From the human T2T-CHM13v2.0 reference genome, Homo sapiens, in the NCBI RefSeq assembly GCF_009914755.1, contig NC_060925.1: 64,000 nucleotides of DNA; one strand, given 5' to 3'. Below, piece after piece: positions 45,699 to 60,715 of the stretch (the stretch's first letter is position 1; each line of letters begins with the position of its first letter). The translations under genes and the position numbers were made by a program. The notes below the pieces were generated by a model that was not told where the DNA came from, ran no database searches, and worked only from the letters and a program-made list of their open reading frames with translations.

Positions 45699-46150
45699 TG
45701 TTGTGGGTTAAAAAACATAGTTCAAGTCCTAACCCCAAGGTGTCTGTGAATGTGACATTGTTTGAAATAGGCCCTTTGGATATGTTATTAAAGAAAAACA
45801 AGGTCATACTCGATTATGGTGGGCGCTAATTCAATGATTGACATCCTTATAAAAGGACGGAAATTTGGATATAGAGACACAGAAGAGAAGGCTTTGTGAA
45901 GACAGAGGCAGAGACTGAAAGATGTAACTGCAAACCAAAGAATGACAAGGATAGCTGGCAACCACAAAAGCTAGAGGAGGCAAGGAAGGATTCTTCCCTA
46001 GACGTTTTCACATTTTTGAAGCAGCATGGTTCTGCTGACACCTTGATTTTAGACTTTTAGCCTCCAGAGCTGTGAGAGAATAAATTTCTGATATTTTAAG
46101 CCACTAATTTGGTCATATTTTTTTTATGGCAGCCCTAGAAAACTGATAGA
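45699..46150 (+). mobile_element. MaLR solo LTR (MLT1B/C-like)
   Basis: tgctgacaccttgattttagacttttagcctccagagctgtgagagaataaatttctg...atggcagccctagaaaactgata. Confidence 0.85.
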
Positions 46151-48439
46151 CTCAAACTGGAGAATATAGGATAGGTAAGTATCAGTTAGAGAGAAAGAGA
46201 AGAAGAAAGGAAAATAAAGGAATAAAAAATTTTGGACAAAGTTGCAGGCAGAAAAGTGACTGGGATATTCTGAAGATTGTAAGAAGCCTAATTGGGGAGC
46301 ACAGAGAGAAATCACAGGAGAATCATAAAAACAAGTCAGGTTTGAAAAATGTCTTGAATCTTTATTCTTCATTTTATTCAAACCAGGCTTAATTTCTTTT
46401 TAAAGGGTGAGTTGTGTAGCATTTAATTCATATACTGGCTATTGCTCACATATAGTAATTACTAAAAGTTGAAGATTATTCCAAATGTTTTATAAATATT
46501 AATTAGCTTAATGCTTTATAGAAGCTCTAGGAGGTAGGTATTATTATCTTTAACTGATGAGAAAAATAGAGCAGACAGAGCCCAGGCATCATACCTAAGA
46601 GTTTTTTCTTTGTGGCATCAGATAGCTTTTTACTTTACCATAGTTACCTTCCTGGCAGGTTGAGAGCAAATCTCAAGTTCTGTTGAAAATTTTAATCCCT
46701 AGCATTTGACCTGATTTATTACTGGGAAGACAGAAGAGCAGAGCAGCAAGGGAAGAACTTTGAGCTTCTCCTGGAGACCAACAACTTTGAGATATGAAAG
46801 AACAAAGGTTGAGTTATCAAAAGTTTGTATAGACCAGGCGGGTAATGTAACAGTTTGATTCCATCAGGAGTCAGACAATAGAAGGTAGTGTCGTGTAGCT
46901 TGTGGTACCAGTAAGTACACACTCACTTAAAAAATTTAAAATTTAAAAAATTTTAAAAGCATATTTAAGATACTTTGTTCAGATTTAGCATTTGGTCAGG
47001 CACTTGTCAAATGCCCCTAAAGCACAGCATATGGAGGTGGGAGGAAGAGAGAAAAATTGCTGAAATATGACAATAAAGTAAGATAAGTTATGAATAGTCT
47101 TCTATAAAATGCGGAAGAGTTAATACTTTATTAACATGCATTTAATTAATTTACCTATTTTATATAAATAAATATATGATGCAACTCTATATGGCTATAT
47201 ATACTCAGAAAGTAGATATGTATGTCTATGAATGCATAAAATAGAAATTAAACTAGTTTCTTAAAATTAACTGAGAGTGGTTCACAAATTGAACATAAGC
47301 AAAATAGTTCAACCATATTAGGTTTGATTCAATCATTCAGTTACTCAAATATTTATGGAGTCTCCCAGTTCTCAAAAGTGAATATATCTATATTGGGAAA
47401 TAAGTAAAAATTAATCAAAAAGTCAGGATCTGTGCCCTGCTGTCAGAGTTCACATTCTAAAGGCAAGTTAACACAGAAGCATATAATTGAGTTTTTATTA
47501 AAATAAAAGTTTTCATTTTTATCTTTAAATTTGACTCCCTTCATGGCATACTGGGAGAAGTCTATATTAAACTTTAAAAGAAATTGGCTCTCAGATCAGT
47601 TATTGGTAATACAGAGGACGATGAGGATTGTATCCCTTGTGGGCTATAGCTGTAAAAATGATATGCAAAAATATAGAGAAAAAGAACACATGAGGTCTGA
47701 GGTATTGGTTGGAGTACAAGAAAATGAACCACTTTATATCACCTAACTGATTGTTTGTAAAAATAGATTAACTTGCCAGTATGTTGCTTAACCCTGAAAT
47801 ATTGTTACTAGTCTTGGGTAATACATTAATAGGTAGAAAAAAACAAAAGTTGATATTAATTTTTGTGTCTCTTCCTGCTGTATGGTTTTGAGCGCTTGAC
47901 CTCTTTGCTTTCTTATCAAGAATTTGGAAAAAAAAATATTTCCTTATCTATCTCCCTATCTTCTGGGCTGGATATATGATATGGACTAATTCCCTAATGT
48001 TCCAACTCAAATATTGTTCGGTAAAATACCACTTATCTGAAAGTAACCTCCCTCTTCCCTCAAGATTGTGGAGATAGGCAAGAAATTATCTTTGTGAAGT
48101 AATATATAAATATGAATTATTTAAATTGCCTTAAACTTTCCAGTGTCCAACTTCATAATAATTAATCTTCAAGGAGAAAGTTTCTCTGGATGAGTATAGT
48201 ATAGAAAAATAAAAGTCTGCTTCTTGGGCACTCTTATTTCTAATGTTCAAATCAATTCACCAGTTATACTACCTAATCCCTGTAACTAACTCTATAATTT
48301 TGGTAGATTGTAAAATAACTATTTAGATTAAGATGTCCCTTGAAAAATTCTTTAAAATACAATTATATTGTAGATATATTTTAAAATGTTATTAAAATGT
48401 TTTAATAAGGAAAAATATTTGGTATTCTCTGATAAAAAA

Positions 48440-49490
48440 TTCTTCCTCGTTCACCTCTGATACACTGAGTTAAGCACGGCAAGAACACAGGCATACACAC
48501 AGCTCCTAACTTTAAGGTATCCATAGCTACTGGAGAAGATGTACCAACACCCAAATTATCAGATTGTAGAGTGTGTCAAAAATAAAAGAGGTATTTAGTA
48601 GTACAGTGGCAACTGGAAGAAAATGGCTTCCTTAGGTCATTTGCAAGATAAAAAGGTGAAGATTATTGACAGAGAAGTATTAGGAAAGGAAGTGATGTTT
48701 GGAGTCAGGTAATGAAGTATAAGCAAGAGTTTAGACAAACAAAAGGGGTCCCCACAATCCAATCAGGCAAAGGAAGAAGTTTACCTACATGCCTGGAGTC
48801 CTGCAGGAACAGCGTAATTTAGAGGAGGATTGTACTGTCAGACACTGGGCAGGAGGGTAACGGCTTCAGGGCAAGAATCTGTGCAGGTAGGCATGGCTGA
48901 AACCGAGAAAACGCTTGCCAAGAATTTGGAATTATATCCAGTGGGTAAAGGATGTCCATCAACAGGTTTTATGTAGTGGATAAATATGATCGGATTTGAG
49001 TTTCAAAACATGTTTTCAAGGATAAAGAAAACTAAGGCCCAAGTAACTCTGGTTACAAGGCTTGAACTAACCAAAACAGAATCAAGGAGAAAGAAGTAGG
49101 GAATATTTCAGAAATATTTAGGTGTTACGAGTCAGTGATTTGGAGAAGATAAAGAAAAGAGGGTAGGATTAAACAGGTGATGGCTACATGCAAATTTTTA
49201 TATCATATTTTGCTTTTCTGTATTTTAAATTTTTCATAATAAAATAATACTTAAAATATCAGTGGGGCTTGGAGATTGAATGGATATTTGAGTTGGCTGA
49301 AGAGAGGGGAGCAGCAAAAATGAAATCCAGGTTCTGACTTGGAGCGATCTGGTGGATAAATTGATCCACTTACCAGGACAGGGAGAAGCAGAGGAGGAAC
49401 ATTCTTGCAGGGTAAGATGTTGAGTCACTTTTGGACATAAAATGTTGATGTGCCTTAATTAACTGAGGACATTTCAGAAGACGTATCAAT
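48440..49490 (-). mobile_element. Degenerate L2 fragments
   Basis: L2-like segments such as ttttatgtagtggataaatatgatcggatttgagttt and gttgagtcacttttggacat. Confidence 0.5.
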
Positions 49491-52391
49491 AGTTCTATAG
49501 TCAACCATACAGTCATGAATTGTCTATTCATGAGAGAAAGCTCACGACTCCCTTCTTCTCTTCCAGAGCATGAGTCAGATTCAAGAGCATGGCATTTCTC
49601 AGCTCCTGAGAAAAGGGGCAAGCCTGCTGCTTTTCTTTGTGCTTCATCTCTAAATGGACTCCTTTGCTCTCCTTCTAACTCCCCAGGTTCCATCTCAGCT
49701 TACAGAGCATGGGTATGGGGCATTATTGCACTCTTGTTTTGCCTCCCCATCATCTGTTTTTTGTTGTCCTTTGTATCTTCTTCCTTGAGTTTACTTCTTC
49801 TTACCAATCAAGTGATAAAGTCCAGAGGATTGAGGGTAGGATGTGAAGGTAGAGAAAAATGAAAAAGGAAGCCTCTCCACATATTTTTCTTTCAGCATTA
49901 CCAGAAAAAGCCTTTGGGGTTTCACATGGTTCAGCCCAACTTGCCAGTAAACTACACAGGGGGTTAAAATAATAAACAGATGCATATGTCTACGATATAT
50001 TTTCAAAATATCTGTTGGCATTTTGTTTCTGTTGTTGATGGTTATCTACTCGTTTAGTTATTTTGGAGTTATATCAACAAGTAGATTAGCAAGATTTATA
50101 CCCGATAGTATGAAAGAATTATTTCAGGGAAAACACATATTTCAAGCATTCTGTTAAATGGTACATTTTATATTACTTAGTTGTTGCAAAAATGCAATGA
50201 TTGATATTGTCTTCATTTTACTTAAGAGGAAACTAAAGCTCAGATGGGTTAAATCATGCTAGCGTAGAAAGAGAATCTGGTAGACACAGTTTTTATGCTT
50301 AAGACTGTCTGACTCCAAAGACAAAGTTATTTTTCAGCGTTGAAGAGTGAAGTGTACTTTATCATAAAGTGTACTTCTTAATAAGACATAAAGAGCGAGC
50401 ATATAATTCTCCAAATTCAAGAGTTATATTGAGTCCCCTAGTAATGAAACATTTTTGACCATAAACCATATGATTATGTTATCTTCTTTGTATAATAGGA
50501 CAGAAGCTTATTTGCTTTATAAGACACTGGTATTCAAGAATCTCAACAAGATTTTAGTTTATATTTCATTTTTTTAATCTATTGACCAAAGATGGAGAAA
50601 AATAAAAAGAAAAAAGAAAAAAGAATCGTCTTTTTTTTATCACTTGAGATATTATTGGCCGGGCTCAAATTGATTATAACAACTTGAAATCTATGGAACT
50701 TTAACAGCAGCATCACTCCTGTACACATTTTCCCTCTGGACGTGATTGCCAGTGTTGCTCCGTAAACTTGAACACTAAAATGACTATAACCATTATGTGA
50801 TTCCTTGTGAAACAGGCCCTCTGTGTCAAAGGTGGAGTAACATAGAAAGCTTTTTTTTTTTTTTTTTTTTCCTCTTTTTCCCCAATGCAGCTGCTGGGCT
50901 CATTTGTTTTCAACAGCACTGGGAATTCTCTTTCCATATCAGTACTATAAGGAACTTTAAAAGATCATCACTATCCTTCTCAATCAATTATGGACTTTCT
51001 GTGGTTTGTATTTATTCTGTGAATACCAAAGTAAAAATACAGGTAAAGAGATAAGGAGGAAGAAAAGATCACCAGAAAGGAAAGAAAAAAAAAGAACTAC
51101 AATGAATCCAGAATGGATTCAATCAGTCAAGACAAATAATAGACTTATAAAGCCCATAGTGTAAACTCACATTTCCTTGACCATGAACTCAAGTTCAATT
51201 TAGTAAAGGAAATGTAAAATTCATCAAATGAAAGTGTTACAATTATAAAGGTAAATAAAGCAGAGTTATACAAGAATAAAATGTTTGTGTTGGGTATTTA
51301 TTATTATTTTCAATATCTGCATTGGGAATGAATTTTTAAAGTGTTTGAAACTACAGGTTCATTTCAAAATTTTTTTGAAGGAAAAATGTCACTTTGACTA
51401 TGAGTCAGACTTTGAAAAGTATGTATAAGCCAGGAAAAAAAACAAACAATACTTGTATAGAATGGTCTCTGTTTCTGTTTACACTTACTTATTTTCTGAG
51501 GGAAATGCAGCACTTAAGAAAATGTTCCCGTTTTATATTATTATCATTTTTTGGTCCTCTTTGTCAGAACTATTAATATACACATATTAGAAAAACAAAC
51601 AAAATGAAGTATAAGTAGAGAAGGTAAATGAAATGAAACAATCTTATGTTTGTACATATTGGAAACCACTTATCTTGACCATTGGAGATATGGAAAATTC
51701 TGACACATTTTTTTCAAACTATCAAAGACTCTAAAACTTTGTCATTCCATTGTATCTATCAATCAATGGTACAGTAAAGATGAGTAATGCTCTTACAGTA
51801 TCTCTGGGACTTACATGATGGCTATGAAGTTGTTTTTGAGGAGCTAGTTTTATTGAATTTTGTTTCTAATCATTGATGTAATGCATATTCAATGGGGAAA
51901 ATTAAATCATTGGTAGAAAAATCTTACAAGCTCTCAGTTGCAAAAAAAAAGCTGCTAGTTCACAAACGAAAAACTATTAGAATAGTATCAGATTCTTGCT
52001 AACATCACTGAAAGACAATAGAGTAACACGTTATGTCACTGAGATAAAATGAGTGTGTCTTTATAATTCTCTAACCTGCTAGAGAAACCGTTCTCTGAAC
52101 AGAATGAAATACATTTGTAGAAATACATGGATTCAGAGAGTAGATCAATCATGCACTGTGTGTGAAGAAAATATTCAAGACAGCATTCTAACCAAATACC
52201 AATGAATTCAGGAGACAGAACTTTATATAGGGGAAGATTAGATGGAGAGGTAAAAATGGTGGACAATAAGCTCTGCAATACATAAATTCAAATAGATGAT
52301 GACTGTGTGATCATGAACACATAACACAAGTGCTAATTATGACTCTCATAGGATACATGTTGATAGGAGAAACTAATAAATGGTCTGCACC

Positions 52392-52707
<316 letters not shown>

Positions 52708-52949
52708 ATAGTCTGCACCTAGTAGGGTTCATATTACTTTAGTTAGGGTGAGGGTGGAGCACAGTGGGCAAGTAAAACACACTGGAAAAGAGAAGACTCG
52801 TTATCTAATTTTAGTAAAGGACAAAAATATCGAATTTATTATAAGTATCTGGAATGAGAAATGTACTGAAAATTCACAATTGAATTTAAAAAACAGGGAA
52901 AAAAGATAAAGTAAGCCTTCAAAATCTAACATAAGAGAAAAAACAAAAC

Positions 52950-54340
52950 TCTGAGTAAAAACAAATGAGCTATCATTAAATAATTTTGATGGAATAAGAA
53001 TAGCAATCAAGTATATCAACTGTTACACTAAATGAGGAAGACATGCATTTCCCCATAAGACACAGCACGTCAGATTATGTTGCAAACAAAATCCAATTAT
53101 ATTTTATTAACAATAAACATACTTAAATTTTAAATGGAAACAACCTTGAAAATTTCAACAAAGAAAATAGGGATGGCACACAATATTAAAGTAGAATTTA
53201 AGATTAAAGTTATTAAAAGACACAGAAGCACATTATATCACTAAAAGTTCAGTTTATTAAAAAATTGTAGTTAGAAATATAGAACTTAAACACAACATTT
53301 TAGCTTAAAAGCTATAGAGAAACAAATTACATGACATTCAAAGGGAACTAGACAAACGTGCAATAATAGCTAAGTATTTTAATTTTCCTTTTTATGAATC
53401 TGATACACCTAACTTACTAAAAAATTTGTGCTTATATCAATAGAGACCAAAAATGTAATTAATAAAATTCATCAGATAGGGGAAAAGTTTTTTCAATGTA
53501 GTAATGGCTACTTAACAAAAACAACATAAATATTATTCTAAATCGTGAAACTTTGATCAGCATGGCCAAACTAATCTTCAGGAAATGTGTAGATATTTAG
53601 TAATGTAAGAGATGTGCATATTTCTCAATTCCTTTGCATTCAATTTCAATTTGATAGACAAAATATAAGATCTCATTTCTATAATCATGTTGAGATTATG
53701 TATTTAAATATTACTGAGTACAGAACCCTCTTGTATATTTACATGACATTTATTTTGTGTTCTTGCTTTTGTTATCTGGCTCTTCATAGCTTTTGCTTGG
53801 GCATTATTAATTTTCTTGTAGATTTGCAAGAGGCTTTTAACAATTATCAACTATTGCCTCTCACTGATATGACATAAATGTTAAACTTAAAATTGTTTTT
53901 AACTTTATTTGTGGCATAGTTTGTTTTATTTACTTGTTTGCTTCCCAAGCTGCAGAGATTTTTTGTAATCATGTCTTGCATTCTTTTCCTTTCTTGTTTA
54001 TGATCTTGTATCGCACTTATAAACCATTTATACTCCTAACATTATAAAAATGTTTAATAGTACTTTTGTATTGCCTTTGTTTTTTTTCCTACAATAAAAT
54101 CTCTAAAATAATATGCAGTTTACTTCAGTGTAAAATGTGAAGTTGAAATCTAATTATTTTCCTAAAATGAGTAAGTTTTTTCATCATTATTTTTGTGTAA
54201 TCATTCATTTTTTTCCTGATGTAAAATGTTATTTTTTCATACTCAAAATACACTAATTTACTTAGAACAGTTTCTGAAGTCTCTCTTATGTTGATGAGTT
54301 TTTCCACACCTTCATAACTGCCAGCCAGGTTTACTTATGA
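52950..54340. mobile_element. Ancient L1M fragments (+ strand endonuclease-like part, then - strand ORF2 3' part)
   Basis: A-rich L1 endonuclease-like segment ~52950-53520 followed by T-rich L1-like segment ~53600-54340. Confidence 0.5.
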
Positions 54341-55356
54341 ATGAGACCTTGTTTCCTTGATTTGAAGATGCCATAAATTTTAAGACACATCATCAGTGCA
54401 ATAAAATATTTTGGAAAAAAACTATCTAATCTATACTTACTAAAAGTGTATGCATTTATTTACACAAATACATTGTACTTTCTTTACTATATAATAACGA
54501 TTGACTCTAGTCTTTTTCCAGATTATATTCTAATATGACTTTGAATTACCTTTGGTATCCAACAGCATATAGCATCAGGATGATACACTCCTTCCATAAT
54601 TTGTGATTATAACCTTGACCTCTATATGTATTGCATTTAGGAATGACATTAGTTATTAGTTATTGCATTTAGATATTGCCGAAACACAAAAATTAGCAGG
54701 ACTTTGTCTTCATTTTTTAAATATAAACTAGGATATCACTTGTTTCCCCTTTGCTTCTTGGTATAGCGCTGTAAACTTACATAACTTTCCCAGCATTCAG
54801 TTTAAGCTGTCGGATACATGTCCCATACCTAGATAATATCCCTTCTGGAAGCCTACATTGGTTATGTCAACTGCACCTAGCCTTGCACATTTTATTAGTC
54901 GTTCATAGAGATTTGACTCTGATTACCTCTAAGCAAGAAATGGCAACAAACTCATAGTTTATTTATGAGTCAACAAGTTCATCTTGCCATCATACTGATT
55001 AGTATGTGAAAAACAGTATTTGTCTAGTGTTCAAGTCTATGTTAGCTTTTAATTTTTGGTAAGGCAAGAGCCTAACACTCATTTTGCAAATCTCTCAATC
55101 TGTTCACTTTCTTCCCCATTTTTAAAATCTATTATGCAAAACCAGGTTGCTCAAATATTATTTGTCACAATGAATAATAAAATGTAATATTGTTGACAAC
55201 AGAGAATTGAATTACCTATCAATATCATAAAATTAAAATTACCTAATGTTTGAGAAAACAACAATAAAGAAATAAAAACCCTTGTAAATAATGAGACAAA
55301 GAAGAAAAAGAAGTCAAAATGGAAGCATTGTGTCCTTCAGAAAACAGAAATGAGTA

Positions 55357-57745
55357 CAGGCATACCTTGTCTTACTAAGCCTCACTTTATTGTACTTTGC
55401 AGAAATTGCAATTTTATGGTTTGTTTCAGCTCTGTGTCAATCAAGTCCATTGGCATCATTTTTCCAAAAGCACGCGCTCACTTCAAGTCTGTGTCATATT
55501 TTGGCAATTCTCACAACACTTCAGACTTTTTCATGATCACTATACTAGTTATTGCAATATGTGATTAGTGTTCTTTGATATTATGATTGTAATTGTTTTG
55601 GGATGCCATGAACCATGCCCATATAAGATGGCAAACTTAATTGATAAATGTTGCGTGTTCTGACTGCTGAACCTACTGGCTGTTTCTCAGTCTCTCCATT
55701 GCTCAGCCCTCCCTATTTCCTGAGACACAATAATACTAAAATTAGGCCAGTTAATAACCCTACAATGTTCTCTAAGTAAGTGCTCAAGTGAAAGGAAGAG
55801 TTGCATTTATGTCACTTTAAATCAAAAGCTAGAGATAATTAAGCATAGTGAGGAAGGCATGTCAAAAGCTGAGACAGCCCAAAGCCTAGGCCTCTTGCAC
55901 CAAACAGCCAAGTTGTGAATGCAGAGGAAAAGCTCTTGAAGGAAATTAAAAGTGCCACTCCAGTGAACATACAAATGCTAAGAAAGTGAAAAAGCCTTAT
56001 TGTTGATACGGTGAAAGTTTTAGTTGTCTGCATATAAGAACAAACCAGCCACAGCATTTCCTTAAGACAAAGTCTAATCCAGAATAAGACTGTAACTCCC
56101 ATCAATTCCATAAAGGCTGAAGGAGGTGAGGAAGTTGCAGAAGAATATTTGAAAGCTAGCAGAGGTCGGTTCATGAGGTTTAAGGAAAGAAGCTGTCTCC
56201 ATAATATAAAAGTGCAAGAAGAGGCAGGAGGTGCTGATGTAGAAGCTGCAGCAAGTTATCCAGAAATCTGGCTAAGATAATTGTTAAAAGTGGCTACAGG
56301 AAACAATAGATTTTCAGTGTAGATGAAACAGCCTTCTATTGGAAGAAGATGCCCTGTGAGACTTTCATAGCTAGAGAGGAGAAGTCAATGCCTGGCTCCA
56401 AAGCTTCAAAGCACAGGCTGATGCTCTTGTTAGGGACTGATGCAGCTGTTGATTTTAAGTTGATGCCAGTGCTCATTTACCATTCCAAATATCCTGGAGC
56501 CTTTAGAATTATGCTAAATCTACTCTGCTTGTGCTCTATAAAGAAACAATCCTTTTATGACAGCACATCTGTTTACAGCATGGTTTACCGAATACGTTAA
56601 GCCCATTGTTAAAAAAATAAAACAGTGGGCCTACTTCTCAGAAAACAAGGTTCCTTTCAAAATATTACTGCTCATTGTCAATCCATCTGATCATCCAAGA
56701 GCTCTGATGGAGATGTCCCAGAAAATGAAGGTTGTTTTCATGCCTGCAAATAACATCCATTCTGCAGCTCAGGGATCAAGGAATAATTTTTACTTTTAAG
56801 TTCTATTATTTAAGAAATACACTTTTATAAGGTTGTAGATGCCATAGATAATGATTCCTCTGATGGATCTGGACAAGTAAATTGAAACTCTGGAAATGAT
56901 TCACCATTCTAGATGTCATTAAGAACATTTGTGAATCATGGGAGGAGGTGAAGATATCAACATTAACAGTAGTTTGGAAGAAGCTGATTCCAACCCTCAT
57001 AGATGACTTGGAGGGGTTCAAGACTTCAGTGGAGGAAGTAACTGCGGACGTGGTGGAAATATCAAGAGAACTAGAAATGCAGCCTGAGATGTGACTGAAT
57101 TGCTGCAATCTCATGATATAACTTTGATGGATGAGGAGTTGCTTCTTATGAATAAGCAAAGAAAGTTTTTTTCCTGAGGTGAAATCTATTTCTGGTGAAA
57201 ATGCTGTGAACACTGTTGAAATGACAAAAAAGGATTTTGAATATTTCATAAACTTAGTTGATAAAGCAACAGCAGGGTTTGAGAGGACTGACTCCAATTT
57301 TAAAAGATATTCCATGGGTAAAGTGCTATCAAATAGCATTGCATGCTACAGGGAAATCTTTTGTGACAGGAAGAGACAATCCAAGTGGAAAATTTCATTG
57401 TCTTGTTTTAAGAAATTGTTGCAGTTACCACAGTCTTTGGCAACCACCACCCTGATCCGTCAGCAGCCAACATCAAAGCAAGACCTTCCACCAGCAACAT
57501 GTTTATGACTTGCTGAAGGTTCAGATAATTGGTGGCATTTTTCAGCAACAAAGTATTTTAAATTAAAGTACATACATTGTTTTCTTTAGACATAATGCTA
57601 CTACACACTTACTACTGTATAATGTAATGTAAACATAACTTATGTGCACTGGGAAACTAAAAATATTGTGTGACTTACTTTATTGTGATACTCGCTTTAT
57701 GGCACTAGTCAGAACCAAATTTACAATATCTCTGAGGTATGCCTT
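55357..57745 (+). mobile_element. Near full-length Tigger1 (TcMar/pogo) DNA transposon, transposase disrupted
   Basis: TA|caggcatacct ... gaggtatgcctt|TA terminal inverted repeats; 2389 bp; DDE-domain remnants [37 protein letters not shown]. Confidence 0.95.
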
Positions 57746-59150
57746 TATGTAATTCATTGAAGAAAACAGAAATAGCTCATTGCTCTACATAAATATTTAT
57801 CTTTACTAATAATCAAAGAAACTAAAATTAAAATAGAAAATGAAAGCCCAATTATCAGCTACAAAATTGGCAAAGTATATTTAGAAACTGCAATCAGTTT
57901 TTTAGGCAGTGATTAATAAGTAGGCAAATTGGTTATGACACCATCACACACTCAATACCACCATTTGCCAGGCCAATAGTTTTTAAACCGGACTCAGTCA
58001 TTGGGCTGAAATAGCAAAAACACATTCATAGCATCCTTAACATCTTCAGTTAGTCATGTCTCCAGTCTGACCTGTGTGTGTGTTTACCTCCTAGGCAAAA
58101 TGTCAGAACATTGCATGGACTGGTGGACTGCCTGATCTCATAATCTTGTTTTCTTTTTTAATAGCAAGCACCTTATAGAAGTGATGAAATTCAATTTGTA
58201 TTTCCTTGTATTTTATTGGTCTGGACTCATTTATTCTAACATTTTACTTTCTTAAAACTGTTGATAAAAGTATACTGAACCAGAGTCAGTATAATCAGAG
58301 CATTCACGTACCTTGCTCTCTCAAGGATAGACACTTTTACATCAAGATCACCAAAGGTGGCCATATATTTTCCCATGAACCTTCTTGATAGATATTAAGT
58401 CTAAGGTTCAGAGTTCTATCAAAAGTTATATACAAGAATATTCACAGAAGTAATATAATATAAAGAATAAGCCAAAGCCTAAATGCCCAACACAAATATT
58501 TTGAATAAGCTAAAAGTGTACGCCATTCAAAATAACATTTTGAAGAATACTCATTAACAATAGATAATATCTGCAGTTTAAGAAGTGAAACAGCCCAAAA
58601 AACACAAAGATGAATCTCATCCCTCATTGCTTATTGATGAGTTAAAGTATATCTTGCATCTTTTAAGAAAAATGCTTACATAAAAGCATATCATTGTATT
58701 AAGTATTTTACAGAAATAAAAATGTGGCTTTAAAAAATCTGTTTATATAATGGTTTTTCTAAAACTATTAAATTTTGCAAAAACTAGTCCGATTTTAAAA
58801 CCATACCTGTATACATGGCACTTTATGATTTTATATATGTTTGTAAATATCTAGTATCTAAAATTATCACACAAACAATAAACATTTAAATTAGATTTCT
58901 GATAACCATAGGCCTTTAGAACATACCATAAATTTGACAATGAATCTGATTCGTGGATCTTGAAACAATAATTATAGCCCCGACACTCTTATTGAGTGAC
59001 TTAACATAATTATCCTGTGTCTCAGATCATACACATGACAAAGCTAACTGTGAGTAAGGCATGGAGTTACGAGGAAATTGGATATATTGTTTTAACTTTT
59101 CCACTTTACTGTGTGCTTCTTAATGTTTTGCAATTTTTTTAAAGTAACCT

Positions 59151-59480
59151 TGCAATGGACTGCTGCTTGTGTTTTCCCACCCCCAAATTTGTATGTTGAA
59201 ATCCTAACCCCCAAGGTGATGGTATTAGGAATTAGGAACTTTTCCAGGTGAATGGAATTAGTGCCCTTACAAAAGAGGCTCCAGAGAACTCATTTACCCC
59301 TTCCACCCTGCAAGGGTACAGCAAGAAGGCACCAAAAAGCAGATCCTCACCAGACAATGAATCTGCAGTGCTTTGATCGTAGACTTTACAGCTTCTGCAA
59401 CTGTGAGCAATGAATTTTTGTTGTTTACAAGATATCCAGTGTATGGCATTTTTGTTAGAGCAGTGAAAATGAAAAAGACA
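59151..59480 (+). mobile_element. MaLR solo LTR (MLT1A-like)
   Basis: cccccaaatttgtatgttgaaatcctaacccccaaggtgatggtattagga...cctcaccagacaatgaatctgc. Confidence 0.85.
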
Positions 59481-59535
59481 AATCTATAGTAAGAAATGCA
59501 TTTTATGCACCCATATTTATTCATAAATAAATTGA

Positions 59536-59950
<415 letters not shown>

Positions 59951-60060
59951 TACTTCAGTATGTTTTAAAGTGCGGTAATGATCTGCTACTTTGACTGTAT
60001 GGCCTCCTAATGGGTCATGAAAGACAGTTTGAACAAGAAGCCATCCGCTCAAGTCACTTG

Positions 60061-60101
60061 ATTCTGTTTAGTTCTGTTTGATTCTGTTTAGCTCTGTTTA
60101 G
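60061..60101. repeat. 10-bp tandem repeat x4 (ttctgtttag-like)
   Basis: attctgttta gttctgtttg attctgttta gctctgttta g. Confidence 0.8.
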
Positions 60102-60340
60102 TAAAGTTTCACTTTCTAAGATGCCATTTGATAATGACCTACTGTCTGCCAGGTGTCAGACAATATTTTTAATGGCCTTCACAACAGTCTTGCAGCAGGA
60201 CATCAGGGTCACATGTAGCCCTGATGTTCTTAAATGGCACCATTGTATGACTTAGAAAAAGATGCTCTTTCTGGGTGGATGCAGCTTTGCAGGCATGTGA
60301 CTAGGTAAGCATATAGAACCTTTGTTACCTTCTCTGTTAA

Positions 60341-60715
<375 letters not shown>

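Noticed and set aside
49370-49862. Overlapping 107-aa and 115-aa ORFs on opposite strands
   Set aside because: No recognisable domain or splice support; adjacent to L2 remnants; consistent with chance.
55839-57508. ORFs of 80-177 aa on both strands
   Set aside because: Sense and antisense pieces of the decayed Tigger1 transposase.
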